The notes beneath the pieces are model-generated. The model searched no databases. It saw only the letters and a list, made by a program, of their open reading frames with translations, and was not told where the DNA came from. A stretch of DNA of 64,000 bases, taken from the NCBI GenBank assembly GCA_008632985.1, contig QPGO01000005.1:951607-1015606 (forward strand), read 5' to 3'. Position 1 is the stretch's first letter. Each line of letters starts with the position of its first letter. Made by a program: the position numbers and the translations under genes. This stretch comes from Psammoneis japonica. Its lineage: Eukaryota. Below are positions 21,463-34,830 of the stretch, piece by piece.

Positions 21463-24400
21463 TTACTGAAATCCTTCTGGGTCTCTTTCGAGAGTCTCGT
21501 CGTCGTCATCCAGTGATGGTGCAGGACCGTACAACGCTTGCCACTCGAGGCGTGATCGAGAAGAACCAATTCCCGCATCATTCTCCACCGGAACATTAAT
21601 GCTGTCCTTGTTTCCACTCTCGGCTGCAACTCGAGTAATTTTCACCAACACCTTTTCATCTTTCTGACCTGGAGCAAGATCAACAACAACTTGATCACCT
21701 TCATTCACAAACTCCTGCATGATGGCTTCCGCCATTGTGTCCTCGAGGTATCGCTGCACCGCACGTCGAATGGGTCGCGCTCCAAACTGCGCCGAGTTGG
21801 CTAGTCCTTCCCGCGTCACCATTTCCACCACATTATCCGCCACCTGGACACGAATATCTTGGTCGTCTGATGCACGATTTGCCGATTCGGTCAGCAAATT
21901 ACTGGCAATGTCTCGCAAATTATCATAGTTGAGGGGAGAAAAGGTTATAATTTCGTCAATGCGGTTGAGCAACTCTGGCTTCATGGCCTTCTCCAGTTCT
22001 TCTTTCACAGCGTCTTCGGTGGTCTGAGGTTTCTCCTTGTCATCAACAACGTCATCGGATTTCCTGGAAAGTTCCAAAATACGTTGGCTACCGACGTTTG
22101 ATGTCATGACGAAGATTGTGTTTTTAAAACTGACTGTGCGCCCCTTGCCGTCCGTCAGTGTACCTTCATCCATGACTTGCAGAAGCAGGTTTAAGACATC
22201 CTCGTGAGCCTTTCAAAAACGATGCACACCAACAAGAAAAAGCGTGTAATGAGCTTAAAATGTACGATGCAATGCAAAAGCAGTATCGATAACTCACCTT
22301 CTCCACCTCGTCGAAAAGAACTACAGAATGAGGAGCTCTTCTAACAGCATCCGTCAACTGCCCACCTTCTTCAAAGCCAACGTATCCAGGAGGACTGCCG
22401 ACTAATCTACTGGTCGAGATGCGGTCCATGTATTCGCTCATGTCAATACGAATGACATCCTTTTCTTGTCCGTAGTAGGTCTCTGCCAATGACTTGCACA
22501 ATTCAGTTTTACCTGAATAACGATCCATGATCAATAGTTGTGAGCTTCGAAAGGATCGTCATCAAAGCGCCAAAAGCAAAACAATCGTACTCACCGACAC
22601 CAGTCGAACCACAGAACAACAGACTCGCAACAGGGCGTTTCCCGTCTCTCATTCCACTCCTCGCTCTCCGTATCGCCTTGGCCACCGAAGTTACCGCTGC
22701 ATCTTGACCCTTGATACGCTTGCCCATGTTAACTTCGAGATTTCGTAGACGTTCTTTTTCACCCGTGTCCAAGCGCCCGACAGGGATGCCAGTCAACTCC
22801 GAAATTACTTCCGTTACTGAATCTTCTGTCACAAAAGGATCTCCGTCAACGTCTTCGTTCATGTTCACCATGGATCCTGCCTCGTCCAGCAGATCAATGG
22901 CCTTGTCCGGTAGGAAGCGGTCATTAATATAACGGTCGCTGAGCTTCGCGGCCGCAACAAGAGCGTTGGAGGTGTACTCAACATCATGATACTCTTCGTA
23001 ACGAGGCACAATTGCACTTAGAATATCCAATGTCTCCTCGACAGTGGGTTCCTTGATCTCTAGCGGCTGAAACCTTCGTTCTAGTGCTCCGTCTTTCTCG
23101 ATATAACGTCGGTACTCTGGTGTTGTGGTTGCGCCCAACACTCGCAACTCCCCTCGTGCCAATGCAGGTTTCAAAAGGTTGGCAGCATTCATGGCCCCAT
23201 CACCACCTCCACCAGTTCCAATAAGGTTATGGATTTCGTCAATAAATAAGATAACATTCGTGTTGGAGGCTTCCTTTATCAACTTTTGGATCTTTTCTTC
23301 AAAGTCACCACGGTTCCGCGTGCCAGCCACCAAACTCGCAAGCTCAACGCTCACCAAGCGGAATCCCATGAGTGCCTTGGGACAGGGAGGTAACGTATAT
23401 TCCCATGCTTCGTCGTCTTCCACTCCTCCGTTGGCTTTATCCATGACCTTTTCGTCTGGCTTGTTGCGCTTGAATGGGTTTTTAATAGTTGGTAGCTTGA
23501 ATTTCTTCTCTTCTTCGATTACCTCTAATCCGCTGGCCAAAACTTGAGCAAGAGCTTCAGCGACAGCTGTCTTTCCTACACCAGGGTCCCCAATCAAGCA
23601 CGGATTGTTTTTGCGTCGCCGTCCAAGAGTCCGAAGAGCCGTTCTGATCTCCTTGTCGCGACCAAAAACGACATCCAGCTGTCCATCCAGGGCCATTTGG
23701 GTGAGATCGACCCCAACCTCGGCCAAAGTATTGCTGACGGGTGCATTTGCTCCACCAATCTTGACTTCTTCCACCACCGCAGTGGGTCCCTCGGGGTTCT
23801 CGATATCTTCGTTTGGTTCCTTCTCCAACGCCTCCACCAAATTCTCACAAAAGTTGTAAATGGGATACTTCCCTCCCTTCTTGTCGAGACCCGTTAGTCC
23901 CTCTGTATTCATCAACACATTATAAGCCGGAGCAGATTCGATTCTTCCTCCAAAGTTGTACCCGCATAGCGCCAGCAAGACGTGTTCCGATCGGATGGAC
24001 TCACTTTCGAAATGCTGTGCGATCTTCATGGCTGCTGTCAAGACTTGCTTCGCTTCTTTGGAAAAGGGTAACGCCTCGACCTTCTTATCGTCACTATCAT
24101 CAGACTCACTCACGATAATTCCTACTCCAGATTCTTTAAGCTGATTAATTGCACTCTCCTTTGCAGCTTCATACGTGATCCCGTACTTTGCCAAAGTGCT
24201 CTGAGCACGTTCAGGCTTTCCTACAATGCCAGCAAACAAAATCTCGTTCTGAAGAAGCGACAAGCCCAGCTGGTTACCGATATTATGTGATGTCATGACG
24301 GCACCAACGCATTCGTCTGACATTTTCTCAATCACCATGGACAAGGACGAGGATGAACGAGCAGCATTCAATCTGTTGCGTCGGGGGGTTGCAGACGTTT

Positions 24401-24560
24401 TGAAGGAAGCTGTGCGACATGTTGCACCTCGAGCCGGTGTCATTCCAGAGCGACTCCAGCATCCTTGTGAAAACGCCGTTACGACATGGTTCGCCGATGG
24501 ATCCAACGCAAACAGCAGCGGCGCCACCAGCAAACAAGCCTTCATCATGGTTGGAGGCAT
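21463..24560 (-). CDS. clpC: ClpC/ClpB-family AAA+ chaperone, nuclear-encoded and plastid-targeted
   Basis: Exons 24560-22595, 22512-22298 and 22209-21463. '[19 protein letters not shown]', 'LFIDEIH', '[14 protein letters not shown]', 'GSTGVGKTEL', 'DMSEYM', 'GARPIRR'. Presequence 'VTAFS'. No long ClpB middle domain. Confidence 0.92.
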
Positions 24561-25156
24561 TCTTGTCTGATTTTCTCTGCAGACTGCAAAATCTTCGTTG
24601 CCGCGAGATGACGTGGGCAGGATCTGCCACGACCGCAGTGCACGTAGATTTCTACGTATTTGAAATATGAAAAGATGACGTCGCAATAGGTGGCGGATTG
24701 AATGAGCTGAGTCTTGCTAAAAGCTTTGTCTCGTGACGGTCAACGAACAAAGAGTACTTACCGTGCCTCTACTCTAGTAGTAGTAGCTAGCTTAGCTCTC
24801 TCATTTCGTATCGTGCGTTCCGAAGATTCGCCTCTCTAGAGTAGTTCATTTGCATTGTCAGGATTGGTTTCAACGATGAAACGTTCTTAGTGAATGAGCA
24901 TCTTGAATTAGAGCAATATCCATAGAAGCCACCTTAGTCCAATACCGGTAGGACCGATGCACTTGAGGAAGCGCTGCGCATCCGCTGTCTCGTGCAGATC
25001 TTCTGCATTCGGGACGCTGCATTGGGGGCGACGAGTTTGACAAGGACCAGGAAGCACCAGGAAGGAACATTGAAGTGAAGCTGAGAGTCCTCTTTCCATT
25101 TTGATGATGCCGCTGTTGATAAATCTCATGTATGATCTGATATACGAAACATCTAC

Positions 25157-26290
25157 TCAAATGCGTCTTTGTTGTTCAACTACAGCTTTGACAGTCTCGA
25201 CTACTGCCTCTTGTAGATTGCCTCCAGCCGCCATATCTTTCAGCTGGTATCCACCCTCCAATCCCAACACAAGTCCAGGGTTGTTGTTCATTTTCTCCAG
25301 TAGCAACCGCGTTGCTTTTCCGTAGTCAGAAGCTGTCAAACTCACACTAGCAAGTTCGTCACTGTCCAGAGCATCATAGCCAGCTGATATAATTACTAGG
25401 TCAGGCTGCCAAGATGCATTAATCAGAAATGGTAGCGCATCATTCTCCAGCGCCTGTTGGTATCCACAAGTCCAAGTAGTGTCAGCTTGAATTGGTATTG
25501 TAAAGATATTCCCATTTGTTACCTCCTTCTTTTCGCCCATGTACGGGAAGGCTGGGATTTGATGTATTGAAGCATACCTAATGCGGTCGTGACCCTTGAA
25601 TATATCAACGATGCCTTGTCCCATGTGCACGTCCCAATCAAGGATAGATACTTTGGTGCTAGGGTCCTGATCCACGGCGTGGAGCGCAGCTGCGGCACAG
25701 AAATTGAACAAACAAAAGCCATTCGATAACCGAGCTGTTGCATGGTGACCTGGTGGTCGGGTAAGAGCCATACTGGCACCGGGCGAGCCATTCTTATATC
25801 CGACAGCGTAATCAACTGCCCGGATCCAGCAAGCAGTGGCCCGGAGACATACATCATATGTTTCAGTCGTCAGATACGTGTCATCGTCAACATAGCCAAC
25901 AAATCCCAATGGATTCTTGCCATCATCAATTCGGCGCTGGCGTGAATCTCGACATCGTCTTTCTAGTTGTGATACATATTCCTCCGAATGGGCTTTTACC
26001 AATTTATCTCGTGCGTACCGCAACTCTTCGGGCCTACAGGGATTGTGCTCATCAGATACATCAATCAAATCAACTACCGAGTTCTCGATACGGTATTCTT
26101 TAAGTGCTGCAATGCATGCATCGATTCGTGCTGGTTGTTCTGGATGGTACTGCAAGCAACGGTGCAAGTGGTTGGAGGAATCGAAGAAGACGGGAAAGTT
26201 GAGAGCGAGAGCGTTGCCGATCTGCAGGAGAGAAAAGAATAGAATCGAAAATTGGTGGCATTCAGTAATTGAACGCTGACGCACTGCCAT
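25157..26290 (-). CDS. Histone deacetylase-family (class II/acetylpolyamine amidohydrolase-like) protein with signal-like N-terminus
   Basis: 'HPEQPARI', 'RPPGHHA', 'GFCLFN', 'LDWDVHMGQG', 'SAGYDAL', 'LEGGY'. Confidence 0.9.
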   Translation of the reverse strand: MAVRQRSITECHQFSILFFSLLQIGNALALNFPVFFDSSNHLHRCLQYHPEQPARIDACIAALKEYRIENSVVDLIDVSDEHNPCRPEELRYARDKLVKAHSEEYVSQLERRCRDSRQRRIDDGKNPLGFVGYVDDDTYLTTETYDVCLRATACWIRAVDYAVGYKNGSPGASMALTRPPGHHATARLSNGFCLFNFCAAAALHAVDQDPSTKVSILDWDVHMGQGIVDIFKGHDRIRYASIHQIPAFPYMGEKKEVTNGNIFTIPIQADTTWTCGYQQALENDALPFLINASWQPDLVIISAGYDALDSDELASVSLTASDYGKATRLLLEKMNNNPGLVLGLEGGYQLKDMAAGGNLQEAVVETVKAVVEQQRRI

Positions 26291-26583
26291 CGCCAATGGA
26301 CACAATAAGCAACCAGGGAGCGCAACTGAGGAAATCGCAGAGGTATGGTAGGGAGAGGTGACGGTGGAATGCTAGGGCCCTCACTCTACTAGTAGTAGAC
26401 TTTGGACATGCATGCCGCCTGGAGATTGCAGATTGCAGCACATCGCACGAAAAAAAGTAATGGCCGCGAGAAGCACATCAACCCACAAAACATACCGTGT
26501 ACTTTGAGAGAAGGTGGTTATTTTATTCTTCTCTCCAGTTTATGTTATTCTAGCTAGACTTGGCTAGCCTCTGATTCCAGCAA

Positions 26584-28386
26584 CTATTCCACTATAAACG
26601 AGGTCCAAGAACCATGAACGCACCAAGGCATTAAGGTCCCAAGGTCTACAGTACACACAGGCCCCGACCCAAACTTTTCTCCATCCCAAACTACCAGATT
26701 GCAAGACTTGCCGCCAGCATCATGCTCGATGCAGGTTACGAAGCAATCTTGCTCTCCTTTTCCGGTAGGGATAATCATTGCCTCGCTGACAACATTTTCA
26801 TTACCTGCATCCCAATTCTCCGTCTTGCCATTTTCGAGATCGACCTTTAAAATCGAGCGAAACGGAAACCAACCTTCGGGTCGTGCGGCTCCACAAAAGT
26901 ACGAGTATCTCGCCTTTGACGCTTCCGGTTGAAACACGGGCATATCTACAGGAATGTCGACGCCATTGTCATTTAATTTATACCGATCTTTCCGGACCAC
27001 CTTTTGTTGCGTTAACGAAATCACGTACTTGTCCAACCGCGGAGCTGGAGCATCTGAGGAAGCGGACCATGAAATTGGATCAAACTTCTGTGTCTCGGTT
27101 TCGAATCCCATCTCTCCTCCAAACGTGTACTGATCAAATGCTGCCCCATGCACAATCAATGTATTGTCGCTATCATCTTGGTAGCATGGACCAAGGTGGA
27201 AAATGTTGAAGAATCTGTCGGACTTGGCATCCACAACGTCTCTGTTTTCAGGATCGCGGGGGATTAAGAGAAACGAACCGGAGGCGCTCTCATCCATTTG
27301 AAAAGACTCTGTACCTCTTCCAAAACCCGCAAGGTACTTGACTGCTCCCTCCATGTCAAAACTTGCTGGATTTTTTGGTACTACGTAGTAGTCTTTTGTG
27401 ATCATCCAATCGTGAAAAACGATAAAGTCAGTCACATGTTCTCGAGATGAGACTAATCTGAAGTTGACGTCAAACTCAAAGAATTCAATGGCGGTATTTC
27501 CACCACCTTGACCTTCTCCGGGTACTTTGAGAGTCGACGCGCAAAATATAATTGTGCCCTTTCCTCCGTCGACCCGACTATGAGCCAGCAATTTTCTTCC
27601 CGCCAACACCCGTTGGATATCGCCCACTCCTTCCATCACTTGATCTAAAGGACCAAGAGTTTCAAGCGTGCTTGGATCTACGATATATGGATGACCCATA
27701 TCACCACCAACAATCAAAACAGGGTCCATTCCGTATTCACTTGTGGGAGGCCACAACGTTGCAGCAACATTTCCCGTGTTGCGCTCCGTTGGCGACAATG
27801 CATTCAAAATTGCTCCGCCCATGTTGAAGGGCGCCACACTACTCATCACACCCTTTGCAAGCATCATGTTAAGGTTCCGTTCCATTCTTGTCAAAGGCGT
27901 CTGAATTATCGCCTTTTTGTGCACAATGCTTCCGTCGCCTCGAAAGGTTAACGATTTGAGAAAGCCCGGCGCCTCAAATGGATGAACGAGGCGGTTTCCA
28001 ACCTTGCAGCTGCCCAAACCATTCATAAAATATGTGCCCTTGACATTTAGAAAGCGCTCGAAAGCACGCTTGTCGTAGACCTTGGAATTGGAACGAATAT
28101 CAATAACCTCTGTACTCTTGTCGGGCACTTCACACGTTGCAATTGTCTCCCACGTCTTTTTCGCAAGTTCTCTGTTTTCTTCCAGAGAAAGTGGGTCGCG
28201 GTTCAACTGTTGAACATCGTTTTCACATTCTTCAATCAGGACCGCTTTAGAAACAATCCCAGAGTGTGTTCTGTCTGCAACGCGGTCGGCAAGCTGCAGT
28301 TTTGTTCTTGTTTCAACAAAAGCCTCTGAAAAAGTGTTCACAATTGAAGTGAGAAGGATCGAAAAGACAACTTGAATTTGCCTCAT
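26584..28386 (-). CDS. Carotenoid oxygenase / RPE65-family dioxygenase
   Basis: Four candidate Fe-ligand His motifs ('LLAHSRVD', 'FHDWMIT', 'IFHLG', 'CVHGSW') plus 'VSEAMIIP'. Presequence 'SEAFV'. Confidence 0.85.
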   Translation of the reverse strand: MRQIQVVFSILLTSIVNTFSEAFVETRTKLQLADRVADRTHSGIVSKAVLIEECENDVQQLNRDPLSLEENRELAKKTWETIATCEVPDKSTEVIDIRSNSKVYDKRAFERFLNVKGTYFMNGLGSCKVGNRLVHPFEAPGFLKSLTFRGDGSIVHKKAIIQTPLTRMERNLNMMLAKGVMSSVAPFNMGGAILNALSPTERNTGNVAATLWPPTSEYGMDPVLIVGGDMGHPYIVDPSTLETLGPLDQVMEGVGDIQRVLAGRKLLAHSRVDGGKGTIIFCASTLKVPGEGQGGGNTAIEFFEFDVNFRLVSSREHVTDFIVFHDWMITKDYYVVPKNPASFDMEGAVKYLAGFGRGTESFQMDESASGSFLLIPRDPENRDVVDAKSDRFFNIFHLGPCYQDDSDNTLIVHGAAFDQYTFGGEMGFETETQKFDPISWSASSDAPAPRLDKYVISLTQQKVVRKDRYKLNDNGVDIPVDMPVFQPEASKARYSYFCGAARPEGWFPFRSILKVDLENGKTENWDAGNENVVSEAMIIPTGKGEQDCFVTCIEHDAGGKSCNLVVWDGEKFGSGPVCTVDLGTLMPWCVHGSWTSFIVE

Positions 28387-28893
28387 GATTACTTGAAACA
28401 GAAAACGGCTTTAGGTTTCACGATAGCGAGTTTTCAAATCACTTGTGCGTCGAACTGTGTATGAATGCAATGACTACACGCTTCAGTCGAATGGGCCCCC
28501 CATCGTTATCAAGTGCCGTGCGTTTCCTCATCGTCGCTTCGCTGCATAAAGACGGGTGTCGGCGTCATCCGATGATGAGTCAGAGATGAAGCGCGATCAA
28601 ACTTCAACACACGACTCACGCACTCATTGTGTTGTGAGTTTGGCTTTCTCAACATATGTGTGGTGTGCATACATGAAAGTGGTGCATTTCCTCTGTCTGT
28701 TGTTCAAGTTGAAGCACGTTGCGCACAGGCGCGGCTTGCGCGCATCATCCCTCTCACAAAAGCCGCCATATGCCCGCACGCCGCACTGCGCCGCGAGCCG
28801 CGATGGCATTATTCATACAAGTAGATACCGCATTGCGACTAAGCGTCACTCATTTACCAACTGTTGTCTAGGGATAGAGACGCACAGTACAGT

Positions 28894-31800
28894 ATGAAAC
28901 CTGCTGTAGAACATAGTCGTGTAGCAAAAGAGCAGCTGGAGCAACTAGGAAAAGAGGAGGATTATTTTGAGGGAGAGTACGGTTTGGTGGGAGCAGAGCA
29001 GGCTGATGAATCGCACTTTGATGACCGACCCGAAAACTCCTCTGACGACGAAGAAGAAGATGATAACTACTTGGATGAAAAGGGACGGATTCGTTTTTCC
29101 AAGCGCAAGTTGTATGGACGAGAAAAGGAACTACAACGACTTGCTCGAATATTCGACGTTATGATTGATAATGACAAGAACGACAATAGCAATAACGGAG
29201 GCATCAACAACGAATCAAGCGGGAAGCTGAACCAAAATACCAGGAGTGCGGCAGCAATCTTTCTTTCCGGGTACTCAGGTTGTGGCAAGTCGTCGCTATG
29301 TCACGAGTTTGTTCGTCAGCATTTGAAAAATCATCCTCACACACTCATCACGGGCAAGTACGATGAGATGCAGGCATCCGACCCGTTCAGTGCCATTACC
29401 CGTGCTTTAGGACAGTGGTGTCAAAGTCTTGAGGGGAAAGATATTGTACAGAAGAATCTGCAGCATATTCAAACCTACTTGGAGGACGCAATCGGGCCAG
29501 CAGACGTGTTACTGCTGATGGACCTTGTCCCGTATCTTTCTCGTCTTGTAGAAGAAGCGTCAACTTCTGACGAGAAAGACAATGGTGAGCTCGGCAGTGT
29601 TGACGAGAACGCAGAGTCATCTTCAACGGCGTCCAGGTCATCACGATATTCTCGCAGCATGAGCTCCTCAGCACATGGGGGAGGAAGGAGAATGAACAAG
29701 ACCCGAATGAAGTACATTTTCCAGTGTTTGATGCGTTCCATTTGCTGCGCTCAGGTAGATGAGCAAGATGGAGATCAACTGCCTCTTGTAATGTTCTTGG
29801 ATGATTTACAGTGGGCCGACGATGCCAGTCTCGAACTGTTGTCAGCACTGTTAGGAGACGTGACCATGACGAATTTTATGTTTATAGGGGCGTATCGTTC
29901 CAACGAAGGTAAGCCTCGGTCGATATGTATTATCTGGTTGGTATTTCACCCGCCTCACAAGGAGCTTTGAATTCCTGCACAGTACATTCTGAGCACCCAC
30001 TGACTGCTGTTATGAATGACTTGATGGGGGAAGAAAACAAGAATGATCGCCGCGTAATCGAAGCCATGGAATTGTCGGAGCTTGCATCTCAGGACGTCAG
30101 AGAATTCATTGGTGATACTTTGGGATTAACTCCAGATGACGTACAACCTTTGTCAGATGCCATATTCTCAAAAACTTTGGGAAATCCATTCTTTACAATG
30201 CAAGCCATGGAGCAGCTTGTGCGGAAAAACGCTTTGTACTACGACACAATGGTTTTCACATGGCAGTGGAACCTGTCAAAAGAAAAATTACAAGACCAAT
30301 TGTCGGACGACATCATTGAAATGGTGAAATCCAAAATAGAACACATGCCAATAGAATTACGAAGGGCACTGCTTGTGGCTTCGTTCATTCGTGCAGTTTT
30401 CGATGTGGAAACGCTCCGATACGTCATGACTTCAGCTTCCGGAATCACAGCTGTTCACAAGAAGGAACTCATAAAAAATCTCGACCGAGCAGTTGTAGAA
30501 GGATTACTCTTGAATGGCGCTGGGTCTGAGGAATACGCCTTCGCACATGACCGTATCCAAGAAGCTGCTCAAAGCTACATGGATGACAAGCAGCTGATTC
30601 GGATCGCAAATGCTCTTGTAGCCCGCGGCGATTGTAACGAAGATGGTGAGGATTGGATGTTGTTTACAGGTGCTCACCATCTGAATTCCGTTCCAAGTCA
30701 TTATCATGACGACAACTCGAAGGTACGACTAGCACAATTGAACCTGAAAACGGCACTCTTGTCAACAGGCGTCGCCGGGTTTGATCAAGCAGCCAGGTCT
30801 CTCCGGGCTGGTCTGAATGTTTTGGACAAAAATAATCGTTGGACTGATCACTATGAATTGACGATTGACTTGTACAACAACTTGCTTGACATTGAATTTC
30901 GTCTCGGAAACTACGAACAACTTCAAGAAGGTATTGACGTAGTACTTGCCAACGCGAGAACACTCAAGGATAAGGGCCACGCTCTCGTCCACTCTGTCGG
31001 TATCATTTCAATATCCAAAGAGCGAGACCATTCGAAGGCACTTCAGAAAGGGAAAGAGATATTGGCTGTGCTTGGAATTGATATAACGAAAGTCGACATT
31101 GATAATGTGAGAGCTGCGGATATTAAGGAACAGGAAAGGCTCTGTAAAAAGGCGCTGGGGCCACGTGAAGTAAAGGAGCTTTTTGATTCTCCGGCAATGG
31201 AAGACGAGACGGTATTGATTGTCTTGGACAAAATGGCTGGTTCTGCGGTCATGTCTAGTAGGTTGGCGTTTAATTATCTACTGTCAAAGGTTGCAATAAG
31301 AGTTTGCGCCAAGCATGGAATCTCTCCTTACCTCCCCAGAATTGTGGTCTATGAGTGCTTGTACTTTCAAAAAGTGAATCCTAACTTCAATCAAGCATAT
31401 GATGTGGCTGTGCTTTGTCAGGAAATGTTGGACAATATTCCTGGTGTGACATCTGAAAGTCGCTGTAAAGTGATGGGCGGTTGTTACAATGGTGGATACG
31501 TGCTACGTGGGTCGATGCGGCATTCCGTTGAGGGCTTCATGGAGGGCTATGTGCACGGAATCAAAGCTGGCGACACGGAATGGGCTTTTATCATGGCCAT
31601 GTGCTATGGTTGGGCTTTCTTCGCATCAGGGTACCAAATAACGCCCGTCACAGAAGCTAGGTTTGCCTATTACGAAGAGGAGTGCCGACGATTTAGACAA
31701 CCACCATCGGTGTCTGTCGTTTTTTCGATCTATCGACAATTTTGCTTGGGTTTACAGGGAAAGTCCGCAAATCCTTGCATTTTTGACGGCAAAGCGATGA

Positions 31801-32390
31801 AGGAGAAAGCGGCCCTTGATAGCTTTGACCCAGAATCAACGACGTTCAAGCAAACTCTACGAGATCTGTGCAATTTGAAAATGATGGCGGCATGTATTTT
31901 CAGAGACTTGACAACTATGGAGGAGATAATATCTGTTTTGAAAGCGTGGCCTGAATTCGATATTCTTGTTTGCCGTGGATATATCAGATTGCTTTGGGTA
32001 TCGTTCGGTTGTTTTGAATTGGCCCGTGCCGGGAAAGGTAAAAGTTTCTTGGCGCTGGGAAAGGGACACCTTAAATTCTTTCAGAGTGGAGCCAAGAAAG
32101 GAAATCCGAATGATAGCGTGGCTTGCATGTGTCTTAAGGCGGAAAGCAAGCAAACAAAGAAGAACTATGACGTTGCAATCAAAGGATGTTCTAATCTCGG
32201 CATGCTTCATATGGAAGCTTTGATGAACGAGCGTTGCGGACTGTGCCAGTTAGCTAGAAAGAAGCAGGATCACGCCGAAGCTTACTTGACGAAAGCCATT
32301 GGCTTATATTTAGACTGGGGCGCGACCGCGAAGGTGGCTCAAATGAAGAAAGAGCACTCGTTCCTACAACGTTGGAGGGCAGGGGCTTGA
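28894..32390 (+). CDS. STAND/AAA_16-type predicted ATPase with long helical C-terminus
   Basis: 'KLYGREKE', Walker A 'GYSGCGKS', 'LVMFLDDLQWAD', 'GAYRSNE', 'KTLGNPFF', 'FAHDRIQEAA', 'WGATAKV'. Intron 29909-29982 joins the two ORFs in frame. Confidence 0.88.
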
Positions 32391-32822
32391 ATGTGAACTT
32401 TAGTCATCGTTGAAGTAGAGAGCATCATCCCTGGACAAAATAACCAAGGGCGTTTCGAATCTCAAAATCCGTCGCCGCCCAATCAAATGCGCTGCGCCAG
32501 CATGAAGAGTTCCGGGGAACCCCAGGCAGTTCGCTCTGTACCGAGCTCCCCTTTTGCAGATGTCGCACAACGCGATATGAGTGGATGTGAAAATCAACGT
32601 GGCTTTTGGCAGTGCGGACGCTTTCCCGGCTAATATCGAGACTATACCAGTACTTCAATCATCGCAAATTGCTCAAAGAAATCGATTATGGCTTAGCACT
32701 TTGTTAGAAAGATTAACTTAGCTTGATAACCTCAACAAAGATTGAGTTGTATGGCTTGTCTCGAAAACTTCGGCGTCTAATACAAAGCAACGAACTTTAA
32801 TTTAACGATTAGTCGCCTGTTA

Positions 32823-33812
32823 CTACATGCCGTCATCACGACGATCTTGGAGCCATCCAATGTGATCCAGAGAGATTTGACCTCCCAAATCGGTGGGGAG
32901 TTTATCTGCGGTCAAGCCATACTTGGCTAGTTTGTCCAACACCTTTTCTTGCGATCCAGCATGGACCTTGACGCGCTTTCTCAAGCGAGCCCCCATGAAC
33001 AACTTGACAATTGGAAATATGAGAGCAAAGAAAGATGGGGGGTGACACAAGTGAATCACGGATATTCGAATTGGCAGCCTGCCTTTCAAGCTATCCATAT
33101 TAATCTTCACCTGCACGCGATCAAACTGCGAAAACTTGGCTTTGGATGGATTTGCTAAGATAACAACGCCGTTCTTTTGCGTTTCGATATCTTCTAGAAC
33201 TGCGTGTATGACGTACCAGATGCCACGAAGCATGGATTCGCGAGAGTACTTGGAAAGATCCTGCTGAGAAGGATCCGCATACAAAATCGAACGCCCTGAA
33301 GGATCTTTAGCTCCAACCACAAATCTCATAAATCCAAAGCTCAACGCAACCTTGTCATCCTTAAGTGCCTCGTTCAACTTGAGTGGGAGAAAAGCTTTGT
33401 GCGGTCCAAAGATTTCTAGTCGTTTCTCCCAATACGCCGTCAAGCGAGATGCTGCCAGCTGTTTTCGCAGTGAATCGGGAAGGTGATACGGTATAGAGAA
33501 AGATCCGTGTCAAAAAACAAAACGCCGAACGCTTGAATGAAGCCATCATGATGAGCAACACAGTATACTTACGTCTGCATTGAAGACTTCGCAGCGAAGA
33601 AACATGAGTCTGTGATCATCGCCAACAAGCTCGGGCGGGCACTTTTCTGTTGCTTGACTCCATGCGCTCTTTTCGTCAACTGGCAGCTTGTTCAACTCTT
33701 GCTCGAGATTCTTCAGACCTTCTTCAATAACTTTGGGGGTCTCAATGGGATGAATCTGCCCGTATACATCTTCTTCTTTGGTGTACGAGACACCGGCAGC
33801 CCGCGCCGTCAT
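32823..33812 (-). CDS. CRAL-TRIO / SEC14 lipid-binding protein
   Basis: Exons 33812-33573 and 33458-32823. 'LMFLRCEVFNAD-LAASRL..YW', 'LPIRISVIH', 'RLRKRVKVH', 'LPTDLGG'. Confidence 0.88.
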
Positions 33813-34152
33813 GTTGGGCTATTCAAATAACATTGCTTCAGCAGAAGCTTCAGCAGAAGATCGAGAGAAGGAGAAAGTTCTGGCATTTGGTCCAATTTGA
33901 TCTGAATTGATCTGAATTTGTTGCAATTATTAAAAAATCACTTCTGTTTCAAAATTGTCCAGAAAGAAATCCTCTTTTTGACACTTTCGTACGTCTGACG
34001 GACGTTGAATCGAGCGTTTCGAATAATAAGTAGTATGGAATCGGCGCCATGACGGCTGGGCGGCAAACATCTCTGCATCTCTCCCGTTGTCATGCAGCTG
34101 CACTCAAGTTCAGTGTCGAAAAGTTCATCATACGAATCGAGTTTGCTGCAGC

Positions 34153-34830
34153 ATGATTCACCGGAAAACCGGTCTTCCTTCAGCGTTTTTAATCATCAAT
34201 TCGAGTTGTGCAAAAAGCATCCGAGGAATGTCAACAGGAAGAAGCTCCGCCCGAATCCGTAGTCCAATTCTGTGGTACTCGTCGAAACTCGAAACACATC
34301 CGCTGACCACAAAATGTCTCTCCAGTGGATTCATCGCTGCAAGTGGCGATCTCTTTTGTCAGAATATAGTGTTTCAGTTGAACAAGGACGAAAAAGAGAA
34401 GTTCCAATGGGACATGCTCCGTACAGGCCGTTTCGGTTTGCTGGGCTTTGGTTTGTTTGCGCCAATTGCTCACGCATGGTACGGTTTACTCATGACCCGG
34501 TTTCCCGGAACATCCGTGCAAGTTGTTGCAAAGCGTACCTTTTTGGATCAAGCTTTGTTTGCGCCGCTCTTCCTTCCAACGTTTGTGCTCAGCTTGAGCG
34601 TTCTCGAGGGAACGTCGCCCGAGCAGACTCTGGAGAAACTACGGGTGAACTTGTGGCCCATGCTCAAAACGAATTGGGGGTTGTGGATACCGGCTCAAGT
34701 TGTAAATTTCGGTCTGGTGCCTTCCAAATATCAAGTCCTCTTTAGCAACCTGGTTGGATTCATATGGAACGCATATCTGAGTTGGCGAACACAAGAGAGA
34801 CATTCTCGCGAAAAAGAAGAGGAGGCTTGA
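34153..34830 (+). CDS. Mpv17/PMP22 family membrane protein
   Basis: 'HPLTTKCLSSG…GDLFCQ', 'RTGRF', 'LDQALFAP', 'NWGLWIPAQVVNF', 'WNAYLS'. Start codon uncertain (34153 or 34228). Confidence 0.9.
   Translation: MIHRKTGLPSAFLIINSSCAKSIRGMSTGRSSARIRSPILWYSSKLETHPLTTKCLSSGFIAASGDLFCQNIVFQLNKDEKEKFQWDMLRTGRFGLLGFGLFAPIAHAWYGLLMTRFPGTSVQVVAKRTFLDQALFAPLFLPTFVLSLSVLEGTSPEQTLEKLRVNLWPMLKTNWGLWIPAQVVNFGLVPSKYQVLFSNLVGFIWNAYLSWRTQERHSREKEEEA

Noticed and set aside
28555..28810. Small TpA-poor patch upstream of the ATPase gene as a fifth mutated block
   Set aside because: Short, and it still has ATAT/ATAC sites. It could be ordinary promoter composition.
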